From a virus: a stretch of DNA of 64,000 nucleotides. Positions 9,461 through 18,520 of this stretch are shown here, one piece after another. Each line of letters begins with the position of its first letter. The stretch's first letter is position 1. The position numbers and the translations under genes were made by a program. The notes below the pieces were generated by a model that was not told where the DNA came from, made no database searches, and worked only from the letters and a program-made list of their open reading frames with translations. Where the stretch lies: positions 5,401 to 69,400 of the IMG/VR virus record IMGVR_UViG_3300036861_000733. The stretch is one strand, 5' to 3'.

Positions 9461-9843
9461 TGCCAGACATGATATTGGTAGAGCTTGACGTGTTCTCCGT
9501 CCGGACCTGGCTCACTGAGCATGTAAGGATGTTGATAGTCTCGATGCCCTAGCTTGCCACAAATCCACTGAGCGATCCGCATACGCCACACGGCATGGCG
9601 GCCCCAGATAACCAATCCGACACCGTCTTTCGTATCTGGACAATCGACACATTCAATCCAACCCAAGTGTCCGGTCCATAGATCCGGATCGGCGTACCAG
9701 CGGACTTTATGGCCACGAACGAGGTGCCACAGAGCATGTAGCCGTGCGTTGATTGGCAGCCACAACCCCTCACAATGCCACCAGAACCACCATCGAAACC
9801 GTTCGATCTTTGTCATCGCCGATTTTGTCACCGATTTTGTCAC
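9433..9843 (-). CDS. Trp/His/Cys-rich small protein, possibly metal-binding
   Basis: Motifs such as WWFWWHCEG and CVDCPD...HCGRC. Confidence 0.35.
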   Translation of the reverse strand: MTKSVTKSAMTKIERFRWWFWWHCEGLWLPINARLHALWHLVRGHKVRWYADPDLWTGHLGWIECVDCPDTKDGVGLVIWGRHAVWRMRIAQWICGKLGHRDYQHPYMLSEPGPDGEHVKLYQYHVWHCGRCLADV

Positions 9844-11693
9844 CGTCCGCCCATCATTTCTCGAAAGATTGCCGTCATCGCGTCCCTAGATCCTACTCCA
9901 GTCAGCCCTGTTAAGTCAACCGGCGCCACGAGCCCCGAACCCGGCCCGGAACCACCACGACGGCGCGAATCGTCATCTCTCTCACTGCCTACTATTTCAT
10001 CGCCAGTATTGACTCCCGCACCGCCGATCCCCGCCGACAGCAATTGTCTGCACATAATCAGCACCCCAGACACCAAATACAGTACCGCCTCGCACGGGTG
10101 TGAGTTGCCGTCTTTCTTCGGCGGAACGTGCGCGCGACTTACAACATCCAGGTCCGTTACCCACAACGGCACGTCCCGTTCCCACGCCTTCATCGCGGCA
10201 AGAACAAGCGCGCAATCGTACCGATCCACATTCACGTGGAACCGGCCGGCGTCAATCAGGAACTGCGTGTGGCGGATCGCCCAATCACGATTCACAGATG
10301 AATTGATGGTATACGGAAGTGGCCACACCGGCACGCCGGCGCTGCGCAGGTTGGTGATCCACGATGATTGGTCACTCTCTTTTGATTTGCCGGCCGGATC
10401 GCCAAATTGGATTTTCGGCCCGCGGTAATCTGCCAACATTTCGTGTACGTCGGCCGCAGCCGTTGACCACTGTTCCTGCCGCCACAACCGTGCCGCGTCG
10501 AGCCAAATATGAAAATTGCGCGGATTGTCCGTCCAGTCAATCACGGCATTGACGTTTGCCAAGAGCGATGCGCCAGATCCGAAGTCCCATCCGCCGGCCA
10601 CCTGCCATGCGGCCCGGGCATGTTGTTGGACACGCTGCCATTCTGGGCTGTCCTCATGGTAACCGACAACCTCCGTTCGCAATGATGGAAAGATTTTGAT
10701 GCCGCTGACCGCGCCCGCCTCGCAGTCATACTCTTGGCGCGCCTGCTCGCCGGTTAATGGACCTTGGGGCAGCTCGCGCGACTTTCTCCACGCGGCATCA
10801 AGGTAGGGGTCCGCCTGCCAAGGCATGTCACGGACCTGGTGCGGGAGGAGCTGCGATCGGAGACGTTCGGCCGGATGGGACGGTTGGTCCGGGTTGCCTA
10901 CAAGCCAAAGCGATTTGCCGACCGACTCCTGCGCCGCCAACAGTGCATCGGCCAGTCGTGGCGGAATGGAATGGAATTCATCAACAAAGAACACCTCGGA
11001 TCGGCCGCCGCGCTTGGGATCTTCATTTGTTGACGTGCCTTTCAATTGCGCGCCATTGCGCAGGTTGGCGAACGTCATATGTTGATCGAGAACGTTTTTT
11101 GTTGGCTCGCGCAGGTGCGGTGGTTGCCACTGATGGATGTAGCGGACCTTCTCAAAAAGGCTATCCCGATCGCCGCGCTTGTCCACCAAATCTTCCACGC
11201 GGGAGGCCAACGTTGCTGAGGCACCGTGAAACCGCCAACGGTGGTAGATCAAATGAAGCACTAGCCAGGTGACGCCTTTTTCGCGCGACTTATTGACGAG
11301 CGCCACTTCGCCCGCGGCCAGACGCTCAAGTAACCATCGAACCAGTTCAACCTGGCTTGGCCAAAGAATGAATGGACAATCTTGCAGATCGCGCGAGGGC
11401 GCCTTCTCCCAGCGAACATATGCCCAATTGTCAATCCAGAACACCGGGTCGGAGGCGCAAAGCAGCCCGTCCGATTCCAGGGCTTTCCGTCGAACGGCGG
11501 GATCGGGGATGGAGTAGAGAGACTGGAGGCGACGTGCGCGGCCGATCTTGGCGGCGGCGAGGTGGGATGTGCGAAACGATTCGATGGACGTGTCGGGCGG
11601 AGGGGCGAGACGGACAGGAGAGACGATAGCGGTAGCGGCGGCGATGGAACGGGCGGAACGGGTAGAGACGGAGGCGGAGGCGGCGGATTGCAT
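9840..11693 (-). CDS. terL: Terminase large subunit
   Basis: Walker A-like KSREKGVT, Walker B VFFVDEF, and a C-terminal RNaseH-like nuclease region GGWDFGSGAS. Confidence 0.8.
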   Translation of the reverse strand: MQSAASASVSTRSARSIAAATAIVSPVRLAPPPDTSIESFRTSHLAAAKIGRARRLQSLYSIPDPAVRRKALESDGLLCASDPVFWIDNWAYVRWEKAPSRDLQDCPFILWPSQVELVRWLLERLAAGEVALVNKSREKGVTWLVLHLIYHRWRFHGASATLASRVEDLVDKRGDRDSLFEKVRYIHQWQPPHLREPTKNVLDQHMTFANLRNGAQLKGTSTNEDPKRGGRSEVFFVDEFHSIPPRLADALLAAQESVGKSLWLVGNPDQPSHPAERLRSQLLPHQVRDMPWQADPYLDAAWRKSRELPQGPLTGEQARQEYDCEAGAVSGIKIFPSLRTEVVGYHEDSPEWQRVQQHARAAWQVAGGWDFGSGASLLANVNAVIDWTDNPRNFHIWLDAARLWRQEQWSTAAADVHEMLADYRGPKIQFGDPAGKSKESDQSSWITNLRSAGVPVWPLPYTINSSVNRDWAIRHTQFLIDAGRFHVNVDRYDCALVLAAMKAWERDVPLWVTDLDVVSRAHVPPKKDGNSHPCEAVLYLVSGVLIMCRQLLSAGIGGAGVNTGDEIVGSERDDDSRRRGGSGPGSGLVAPVDLTGLTGVGSRDAMTAIFREMMGGR

Positions 11694-12296
11694 GATGAAG
11701 GACTAGGAGACGTCGCCCGGCGGCATCCGATAGCGCCGCGGATACGAGTAGGGCCACAGGACAACGTGCAGCGGCAAGCATGGCACGATGCAAACGTAAA
11801 TGTGCAGGAAGTCTGTCCATCGCCAAAAGATGCCTACCCTAAGATCGCGCAGCTCAAGATTGATTGAGACTTTGACGCGCGCACCGTCGTAGAGACGGAG
11901 AACCCAGGACGGAGCACCACTTTCGTGCGGTCGAATCAGGCGCATGGCGGACTCGTGAACGACTCCAGCTTGAATTCCGTGAACTCGCCGCGCCCACCCA
12001 TATGAGCAATATGTACAGCGCGCGCAGCGTCCTCCGAATCGTAGACAACAACGGACGTCGGCCACGCCACAACGCACTTGCCGTTTGACAGAACAACGAC
12101 GTCCGCACGACGTTCGCCGCTACGATAGAGACCATAACAGCGGATGCCGGTGTCTGTGCCACCCTGTGCCGCCGTCACTTTGTCGTCCTCCTTGCCCCTG
12201 TTGTGCCGCGGTGCGGTCGTTTCGCCGCCTTCTTCCCGCGCCGACGAATGACGCGCGATTCGCCGATCTTGGGTTTGGGTTTCATCGGGTGGCGCT

Positions 12297-12554
12297 TCAT
12301 GGTGTGTTTTCCTGTATCTTTTCCAGCCGCTGGATTTCTCTGTTCACATACCATCTAGCTTTTTTCAGGTCCTCCAGCTCCGCCTCTTTTACCTCTGCCA
12401 TTGTAGTTACATTGCTATTCCACTTCCTTCCGGCGCGCCACAAGTACTTGATTGCGTTTCCGATGTTGAAATTGTAGTGTTCAGTTATTGTAATGCACTC
12501 TACTCCAGACGGATGCCTTGTGTAGTGTGCAGGATGGTTGATAGGATCGTTCAT
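12297..12554 (-). CDS. Small phage protein of the DUF3310 family type, with a HPxHY...GNAIKYLWRAG motif
   Basis: Motif recognition; sits in a lower-GC island between TerS and TerL. Confidence 0.45.
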   Translation of the reverse strand: MNDPINHPAHYTRHPSGVECITITEHYNFNIGNAIKYLWRAGRKWNSNVTTMAEVKEAELEDLKKARWYVNREIQRLEKIQENTP

Positions 12555-13231
12555 TCTGTTTCTCTGTTTTCTCTATCCCCTCTGTGCGGCACGAACGTAT
12601 CGCTCCCGGCCACCTTCACCATGTCCAAATATTCGCTCGCCGCCGTCAAGTCTTCCTCCGTCTTCCTCCCGCCTTGCAGCGCTGCCGCCCAATCGATCGG
12701 ACTGCCGTCCGGGTTGGCGATACGCTCAACAAACATTCCGAGGTGTTTGCCGATCAACGCCAGCGCCTCCGGTTTCGACCATAGCCGCAGCTCCACCTGG
12801 TAGCGGTCTAACACTCCTTTGATGGGCGTGTATTTGACCGACTGGACGGCGCGCCATGCAATCTCCGGCGCACCATCGGCCAACTCCAGCTTACCGTTTT
12901 TGCCAATGACGAAATGGCGGACATCCGAAAACGCGATAACACCTAGTTCTCGGAGGATCTTATCGACGGTGATTTCCGTCCGCACTTGAATGCGGATACG
13001 CGCCGCCTCGATCGCCGCCTGAATACTTCGCAGCGTTAGCCACTTGTCGGCGGTCAAGGGCTTGATCTCGGCCGCAGCAGCAGCCCGGCGGCGATTGCCG
13101 GTTGCCACGTATTCCGCTACAAAGATCAATTGCTTATCGTCGAGCCCGTAGTTTTCCGCCAATGACTGTGCCTGTCGTTCGGTGAACGTCATGTATCTGC
13201 TAAGTTGCGAATAGGTTACTTGTGTTGCCAT
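12551..13231 (-). CDS. terS: Terminase small subunit, P27/Terminase_2-like
   Basis: FVAEYVATGN...AA motif; lies immediately upstream of TerL and overlaps the next gene by 4 nt. Confidence 0.7.
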   Translation of the reverse strand: MATQVTYSQLSRYMTFTERQAQSLAENYGLDDKQLIFVAEYVATGNRRRAAAAAEIKPLTADKWLTLRSIQAAIEAARIRIQVRTEITVDKILRELGVIAFSDVRHFVIGKNGKLELADGAPEIAWRAVQSVKYTPIKGVLDRYQVELRLWSKPEALALIGKHLGMFVERIANPDGSPIDWAAALQGGRKTEEDLTAASEYLDMVKVAGSDTFVPHRGDRENRETE

Positions 13232-13251
13232 GCGCGCTGACTCTCTCTACT

Positions 13252-13491
13252 TTATTCTTTTACTACTTCCGATTTCTTGACAAACATTACTTTCTTACGT
13301 GAACCACCTTTGCGCCCGGACTTCCGGACCGCCGCCTGCTTGCGTGGTGTCTTCGCCCGTCCACCTGCCACGCCCGCCAACATGCGATGGCGCCGCGCAT
13401 CAAGAGGCAGGAGCACCCCGAGACTATGCGCCAGGCTGTGCGCCCGTTCGCTGACAAGGTCGAGTGCGTCGGCGAGGTCGCGTGCCACCAC
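13252..13491 (-). CDS. Hypothetical protein with a basic C-terminus
   Basis: ORF upstream of TerS with a KSGRKGGSRKKVMFVKK tail; the start is uncertain. Confidence 0.25.
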   Translation of the reverse strand: MVARDLADALDLVSERAHSLAHSLGVLLPLDARRHRMLAGVAGGRAKTPRKQAAVRKSGRKGGSRKKVMFVKKSEVVKE

Positions 13492-13651
13492 ACCGGATAG
13501 TGTACCACGTCACCGTTCGAGGACATAAGATGCCACGAGCGATGGGCGCCGTAGTGTGTAGGTCGCTTCCTAAGCAAACCGTATGCCAGGCTACCACCCG
13601 CCTAATCGTTCTCTAAAGTGGACGAGTTGTAAAATCTTTGCCGAGACGTGA

Positions 13652-13690
13652 CTAGGGGCTTGACAGACGCCTAGTGCCGCGAGACAATGG
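13652..13690 (+). promoter_or_regulatory. Sigma70-like promoter. This is copy 1 of the conserved TAGGGGCTTGACA-N-ACGCCTA element.
   Basis: TTGACA at 13660-13665, then a 17-nt spacer, then a -10-like GACAAT. Confidence 0.5.
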
Positions 13691-13800
13691 GCGCTGTCGA
13701 GACGAGCATGCACCTCATGAGACCAACCCATCCAACCCCTGCCCCTCCGCGCCGGCGGTCTGCATGCCGCCTCGACAGCCGCACGTCGGCTGCCGGCCGG

Positions 13801-13825
13801 AGGGGCCGGGACTGGAGAACGAACC
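13801..13825 (+). promoter_or_regulatory. Repeated translation-initiation element containing the GGACTGGAGA core, copy 1
   Basis: Directly precedes the ATG at 13826. Confidence 0.5.
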
Positions 13826-14032
13826 ATGAAGCACGCGTTTGAGCCCACCTGTACCTGTGCGAAGTGCGTCAAGGAAGCCGCACGCCGGGCCGCTCAGCGA
13901 GCCACTGCGCCAGCGCCCGCGATGCCGTGGTCCGGCCACCCGAAGCAAGGGCGCCGGCATACTGCCTCGCGCGCCGAGCAGTACGGGCGCTATCTCGACT
14001 GCGGTCCAGCCGCCTGGGATGACCGTTACTAA
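13826..14032 (+). CDS. Small Cys-containing early protein, 68 aa
   Basis: Preceded by the repeat element; tightly packed with its neighbours. Confidence 0.45.
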   Translation: MKHAFEPTCTCAKCVKEAARRAAQRATAPAPAMPWSGHPKQGRRHTASRAEQYGRYLDCGPAAWDDRY

Positions 14033-14061
14033 CGCCCGCTAGGGGCTGGACTGGAGAACCG
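14032..14061 (+). promoter_or_regulatory. Repeat element, copy 2 (ACGCCCGCTAGGGGCTGGACTGGAGA)
   Basis: 26-nt exact match with copy 3; precedes the ATG at 14062. Confidence 0.55.
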
Positions 14062-14256
14062 ATGCATCGCTACCGCATTCGTTACCGCGACACAGATCCA
14101 GGCTGTCCAACATTCAGCCTCACGCTCAAGGCGTACGACGCGCAGGACGCTGAGGAGCGTTTCTTCGACTCGAACGACACCGACTGGATCGTCCTGTCGG
14201 TGAAGCGCCTTCGGGAATCCTTGGCGCCATGCTTCAGCGGCTACGACGCCCGCTAG
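14062..14256 (+). CDS. Small early protein, 64 aa
   Basis: Its stop codon TAG is embedded inside the next repeat copy. Confidence 0.45.
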   Translation: MHRYRIRYRDTDPGCPTFSLTLKAYDAQDAEERFFDSNDTDWIVLSVKRLRESLAPCFSGYDAR

Positions 14257-14275
14257 GGGCTGGACTGGAGACACC
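14246..14275 (+). promoter_or_regulatory. Repeat element, copy 3
   Basis: Exact 26-nt repeat; precedes the ATG at 14276. Confidence 0.55.
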
Positions 14276-14480
14276 CATGACTGACGCTCTGGAAACCGAA
14301 TGGCTCGCGTGGCATGCCGTCTGCGCGCGCCTGAAAGCACTCGGGGTGGACATCAACGCCCAGGACGCTCTCGCCCGAGCCCTCAAGCGGTGGGGTGAGG
14401 AGCTGGCCATCCTGCGAGCCGCGCACCCACTCATCGAAGAGGAGCTGGCGCGCGTACGGGAACGCTCGCCGCTTGAGTGA
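14276..14480 (+). CDS. Small early protein, 68 aa. The start is placed downstream of the track ORF 14229..14480.
   Basis: The ATG is positioned after the GGAGA core, the same way as in its neighbours. Confidence 0.45.
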
Positions 14481-14499
14481 GACTGGAGACAATCACACG

Positions 14500-14709
14500 A
14501 TGCACACGCACGCGCGCAATATCATCCGTCCCCGCTTCCTCCTCGCCGCCATCGCCGTCGTCGTCGTCGGCCGGCTGCTAACTGGTGTGCTGACGTCCGT
14601 CGTCGTCGCTGCTGACGGTCGGCCGCTGTTGATGGTGCTGCTCATCGTGGCGCCATTGGCGGGCGCGATTGCCGCAGCACGGGCGGCGATCGTTGCGGGG
14701 AGAACGTAA
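14500..14709 (+). CDS. Small membrane protein with two transmembrane segments, about 69 aa. The start is placed after repeat copy 4 (GAGACTGGAGACA at 14479-14491).
   Basis: Hydrophobic segments LLAAIAVVVVGRLL and LLMVLLIVAPLAGAIAAA. Confidence 0.45.
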   Translation: MHTHARNIIRPRFLLAAIAVVVVGRLLTGVLTSVVVAADGRPLLMVLLIVAPLAGAIAAARAAIVAGRT

Positions 14710-14712
14710 GCC

Positions 14713-15246
14713 GTGCGCCTGGTCTACCGCCTGCTGAACCCCGCCCGTGCCTACTCAACCCGCGCCGGAGCAGCCGGTGCCGAGCGCTACGGCTGCTCGT
14801 ACATCAGGCTCCGGGCCGGTGCCTTGGTCGAGCCGATTCCAGGCTCGCATCGCGGCCCTGCTCACCTGTACGTGGTTCGCCCGTGGGGACCGCACGGCGC
14901 CGCGTCGTATCTCCTGCTGACACCGGGCGAGGTGTGGACGACGTCACGCCCCGCCCCACAACGCCCCCTGCAAGGGCTCCAGTGCCGCCGCTACGTGACG
15001 CTCGGGAGCGGCAAGGCCGTTGACCTCGGCACGTACGTGCGCGGAGTGCGGCGGGCGCTGTCGATGCCGGAAGCCGTCTTTGCCGAGGGACTGACCGGCG
15101 ACCGCGGGACGACGGCGACAGGCGCCCAGGTGCGGCGCCAGTTCCTCGCCGGAGTGCACGATCGAATCAACGCCCTGATTCCGGCAATTATGAGAGGAGC
15201 GGTTTACGCTAGCCCGCGCCGTGCCGCTCGCTCCGGCGGGCGGTAG
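14713..15246 (+). CDS. Hypothetical protein with a GTG start
   Basis: GGGGAGAA Shine-Dalgarno upstream of the GTG. Confidence 0.4.
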   Translation: MRLVYRLLNPARAYSTRAGAAGAERYGCSYIRLRAGALVEPIPGSHRGPAHLYVVRPWGPHGAASYLLLTPGEVWTTSRPAPQRPLQGLQCRRYVTLGSGKAVDLGTYVRGVRRALSMPEAVFAEGLTGDRGTTATGAQVRRQFLAGVHDRINALIPAIMRGAVYASPRRAARSGGR

Positions 15247-15296
15247 GGTGGAGGCAATCGAGCCTCTGACAGACCTAGAGAGAGGAGCCAGCAGCG

Positions 15297-15539
15297 ATGG
15301 CACATTTCCTCGGAAGCGTACAAGGTAGCCGCGGGGCGGTAACGCGCCTTGGCGGAGCAGAGTCCGGCATCCGCGCCAGCGTCCAGACGTGGAACGAAGG
15401 ACTGCGAGTCCATCTGTGGGTGGCGAAGGACGGCAAGACAACGCTCGCCGCGATCTACCGTACCGGCGGCAGCAACGGCCTGACATCGGAGCAGTTGATC
15501 TACTCGGGACCGCTCGCCGAGTTGGCGGTGCAGTCGTGA
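15297..15539 (+). CDS. Hypothetical protein, 80 aa
   Basis: GAGAGGAG Shine-Dalgarno 8 nt upstream of the ATG. Confidence 0.4.
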   Translation: MAHFLGSVQGSRGAVTRLGGAESGIRASVQTWNEGLRVHLWVAKDGKTTLAAIYRTGGSNGLTSEQLIYSGPLAELAVQS

Positions 15540-15730
15540 GCGGGCCTACCTACCGGACCTTCTTCCGTTCGGCGCGGAACTTCACGGAGTTCTCCCGCGC
15601 CCGCAAACGCACCCAGGATCGCGGGCTGACCTACAGCGAGGCGCAGCGCGTCTGTGAGAACTACAATGCCGACCGTACGCCCCGCGAAGTCTCGCGCGGA
15701 ACCAAACTCGAATTCGAGCGGGAGAACTAA
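15536..15730 (+). CDS. Hypothetical small protein with a GTG start overlapping the previous stop
   Basis: GTGA overlap; basic protein. Confidence 0.3.
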   Translation: MSGPTYRTFFRSARNFTEFSRARKRTQDRGLTYSEAQRVCENYNADRTPREVSRGTKLEFEREN

Positions 15731-15735
15731 TCGCC

Positions 15736-16005
15736 ATGCGAACCTACACGATTGAACCAGGCGAACCCTGCTACGTCTATCAGGCGACGATCTTGTGCGA
15801 GCAATGCGGACTCGACACAATCACCGGACTCGACGAAGAAGGGAACACACCGACAAACTCCGACGACGAATCGACCTTCGACAGCGACGACTATCCAAAG
15901 GGACCGGCGCCAGCGGAAGGGTACGAGACGTGCGATCGGATGGAACGGTGTTTGTCGCTGGCGGATGAACAGTGCGAGATTGACGCGGCACGAGAGGAGA
16001 GCTAA
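15736..16005 (+). CDS. Acidic Cys-containing small protein
   Basis: CEQCG...C...C pattern; GGGAGAA Shine-Dalgarno. Confidence 0.4.
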   Translation: MRTYTIEPGEPCYVYQATILCEQCGLDTITGLDEEGNTPTNSDDESTFDSDDYPKGPAPAEGYETCDRMERCLSLADEQCEIDAAREES

Positions 16006-16010
16006 CCAAA

Positions 16011-16229
16011 ATGCGTAAGAATCTTGCCGTTGTGCTCATCGTCGCCGCTACAGCCTTTTTAATCGGACGTCTAACTGCGCCCCAGCCTCCACAGGATATG
16101 ATAGAAGTCTATCTCAAGCCTGAAGGACTTAATCTCATGGTGGAAGCTCGGGTATGGGACGGTGACGGTCACGTGGTGCGGACTTTCGCCTTCGACCTAG
16201 ACGAGCCGCTGGCCAGCCTCTGGAGGTGA
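16011..16229 (+). CDS. Small membrane-anchored protein
   Basis: N-terminal transmembrane segment LAVVLIVAATAFLIG; GAGAGGAGAG Shine-Dalgarno. Confidence 0.45.
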   Translation: MRKNLAVVLIVAATAFLIGRLTAPQPPQDMIEVYLKPEGLNLMVEARVWDGDGHVVRTFAFDLDEPLASLWR

Positions 16230-16445
16230 GTCTAGTCAAATTGAAAAAGGATCGTGCAAGGTGCCAAGGTCGGCGCCTTGCGCTCTGCCTGTCGAACTTA
16301 CCCGACACGCCCGCGCGATGCTCGCGGCCGACAAAACAAACGGCGCGGCACGACCGGGTTAAGGTGGTTCGACGGCAGAGCGGAGAGCGCCGACCAAACG
16401 ACGTTCTACCAAACCGTCTACTACGGACGAAAGGAAGGCAAGCCA

Positions 16446-17294
16446 ATGCTTACGTACAGCAAGGCGCAAGAGATGATGGAGCGCGCCAGACATGGCCGGA
16501 GGAAGCTGGAAAACAACACATGGCTGGAGCGGCGAGCAGGACGACGTCCAGACGGCGGCAGACCATTGGAAGATGATTTCGCGGTCCGTCTTCACAACAC
16601 TGACGTCGTGACGTTCCACCCAGACGGCAGCGTGACGCTGGACTCGGGCGGGTGGCGAACCATGACGACGAAATCGAGGATCAACGGCTACCTGCCGGTC
16701 GGCGCCCGTGTCGAATCGGATGCCGGCGAATGGTTCCTCTATCCACGGTGGAACGGTTGGGGCACGGCGACCGCGCCCGGATCGGCCTACCCATTCGCCG
16801 ATGGCATGCGGCTCCTGGCGGATGGCACGGTCGAAGGCGCCAGTATGGATCTACGGCCGATCCGCCGTCAAGTGCTCAAGATGGTACGGGCATATGTGAA
16901 TGGCTACGCTGCGCACGTCGTCAAGAATGGGCTGCAAGAGCCAAGCTCGGGCGACTGTTGGGGGTGCTTCATGCGGCTGTCGAACGATCCGGCTAAGATC
17001 GGCCCGTGGGGGCAGACGCAACGGCCGCTGGCGCCGGGCCGGGACATGATGACCGGGGTTGACCACCTGCTCAGTCATTTCGAGGAGAAATACTACGTGC
17101 CGTCGCTGTTCTGGCGCGCGGTACAACGGCGCGGCAATCCGGCGTTTTGCTGGCAGGTTGCATTGAAGAGTGCCGGGCACGGCGACACGCGGATGCTCAA
17201 AGGTGATTTGCGCGCGTTCTTCAAACCGCTAATGCCGGCGCTTGTCGAGGAGGTTGCACGGCGGCAGGCGGTGGCAAAGGAGGAGGCGGCCTAG
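16446..17294 (+). CDS. Hypothetical protein, 282 aa. The start was trimmed from 16254 to the Met that follows an AAGGAAGG Shine-Dalgarno.
   Basis: The N-terminal 64 codons of the track ORF are Arg-rich low-complexity sequence. Confidence 0.5.
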   Translation: MLTYSKAQEMMERARHGRRKLENNTWLERRAGRRPDGGRPLEDDFAVRLHNTDVVTFHPDGSVTLDSGGWRTMTTKSRINGYLPVGARVESDAGEWFLYPRWNGWGTATAPGSAYPFADGMRLLADGTVEGASMDLRPIRRQVLKMVRAYVNGYAAHVVKNGLQEPSSGDCWGCFMRLSNDPAKIGPWGQTQRPLAPGRDMMTGVDHLLSHFEEKYYVPSLFWRAVQRRGNPAFCWQVALKSAGHGDTRMLKGDLRAFFKPLMPALVEEVARRQAVAKEEAA

Positions 17295-17296
17295 TT

Positions 17297-17446
17297 ATGC
17301 ACCCAGACACAGAAGCCTATCTCGAAACATTGCGGCGGCGTTTGGAGGATGAGCGCCGCGTTTGGATCTTTTGGCTCGGCGACATCCGAGACGCCTGCTG
17401 CAAGAGCGCGAAGGAGAGCATAAAGGAGAGGAACATGCTGAAATGA
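17297..17446 (+). CDS. Small protein of 49 aa, not in the ORF track
   Basis: AAGGAGGAGG Shine-Dalgarno 8 nt upstream of the ATG at 17297. Confidence 0.35.
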   Translation: MHPDTEAYLETLRRRLEDERRVWIFWLGDIRDACCKSAKESIKERNMLK

Positions 17447-17581
17447 GCATAGGCAACAATCGACCTAAGCGTCTAGACGCAAAATGGCGCGTGCAAAAGT
17501 GCGTTCGCTCGCAGATGCACAAGTGCGCATGTGCCTGTGTGCCTCTAGGAGCGTGCTCTGCGCCCGCGCGTCGCCGCTCCT

Positions 17582-17700
17582 GGAACGTCACGGTCATCGG
17601 AACGTCGCGCTCAACGTAACGTCGTGGTCAACGGAATCTCACGGTCGTCACAACGTCGTGGTCGTCGGAACGTCGATGTCGTCACAATCTTACGGTCGTC
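17582..17700. repeat. Tandem array of 7 copies of a 17-bp iteron, consensus GGAACGTCRYGGTCRTC
   Basis: Read directly from the sequence as 7 consecutive 17-bp units; satellite copies lie at 18040-18073 (two copies) and 18306-18322. Confidence 0.8.
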
Positions 17701-17745
17701 GCGCAATCCGATGAACTAGTTGAATCAACCGAAGGGAGTTATAAG

Positions 17746-18036
17746 ATGAGTCCACCAAGAGGTTTCGTGCCGGCCGTGCGTTGTAGTCCTATCGACGGAT
17801 CTGCTTACGTTCTCGGAGCAGAGACAGACAAGCCGAACGATCTTGGAGGCAAGGTTCACGTTCGTCTCCTTCGCGTGATTCCGAGGCAAGACGGCGGCGA
17901 ACCTGATCTTGAACCCGTCAGACTTGAGGAATGGATTCAAGTCGCAAATTTGCTTAAGGCAAAAACGGGCGAGTGTCTGCCGGTCTCAATTCGACCGCCG
18001 CATGGCGTGCTAGGCCGGTTCGGCGATGGTCATTAA
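17746..18036 (+). CDS. Hypothetical protein, 96 aa
   Basis: GAAGGGAG Shine-Dalgarno; flanked by iteron copies. Confidence 0.45.
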   Translation: MSPPRGFVPAVRCSPIDGSAYVLGAETDKPNDLGGKVHVRLLRVIPRQDGGEPDLEPVRLEEWIQVANLLKAKTGECLPVSIRPPHGVLGRFGDGH

Positions 18037-18039
18037 GAC

Positions 18040-18073
18040 GGAACGTCCGTGTCAACAGAACGTCACGCTCGTT
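18040..18073. repeat. Two further copies of the 17-bp iteron
   Basis: GGAACGTCCGTGTCAAC and AGAACGTCACGCTCGTT. Confidence 0.6.
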
Positions 18074-18096
18074 ACAAATTCAACTAAGGAGAACGG

Positions 18097-18300
18097 ATGA
18101 GCTACAAGGCAAAGAAGAACATCAAGCGTCGCGGCTACTGCGAGGTCGTGCCGTGCGATCAGAGAGCGGTCGCCTACTCGCTTTGTGGTGTGCCTGTGTG
18201 CTTGCCACACGGTTTCTACCTCGGTGGCTTCACTCTTGCCGAGGGATACGAGAGCTTGGGAGACTTCGACCCGATCGTCCATATAGTCGCAATTTCATAG
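18097..18300 (+). CDS. Small Cys-rich protein, 67 aa
   Basis: TAAGGAGAA Shine-Dalgarno; a C...C...C...C pattern. Confidence 0.45.
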   Translation: MSYKAKKNIKRRGYCEVVPCDQRAVAYSLCGVPVCLPHGFYLGGFTLAEGYESLGDFDPIVHIVAIS

Positions 18301-18387
18301 CCAACGGAACGTCGCGCTTACCAGGATCGGGGGTAGGGTTTCCATACTCACCCCCGCCCCACCCCTCTTATCTCTTCTATATATAAG

Positions 18388-18436
18388 ACCCCCGCCACCC
18401 CCGGGGTAATGGGGGTGTGGCACCCCCGCCACCCCC
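18388..18436. terminator. GC-rich hairpin, CCACCCCC...GGGGGTGTGG, flanked by a 15-bp direct repeat ACCCCCGCCACCCCC. Probable terminator between convergent units.
   Basis: 8-bp stem with one bulge. The sequence downstream on the minus strand is TCTTATATATAG. Confidence 0.35.
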
Positions 18437-18520
18437 GAGGCCCCAAAGGCACCGCGAAGGCGCTCCAGAATGTCCTCCGAAACACCTCGGAATGCCTCGA
18501 AAATCTCCCGGAACGCCCCG

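Noticed and set aside
17582-17700. Possible CRISPR array
   Set aside because: The 17-bp units are directly adjacent with no spacers, are degenerate, and are too short. No cas genes are present.
17484-17714. 76-aa ORF spanning the 17-bp repeat array
   Set aside because: Its sequence is dictated by the tandem iterons (repeated HGRHNVVVVGTS-like peptides). It has no Shine-Dalgarno, and the region is better explained as a non-coding binding-site array.
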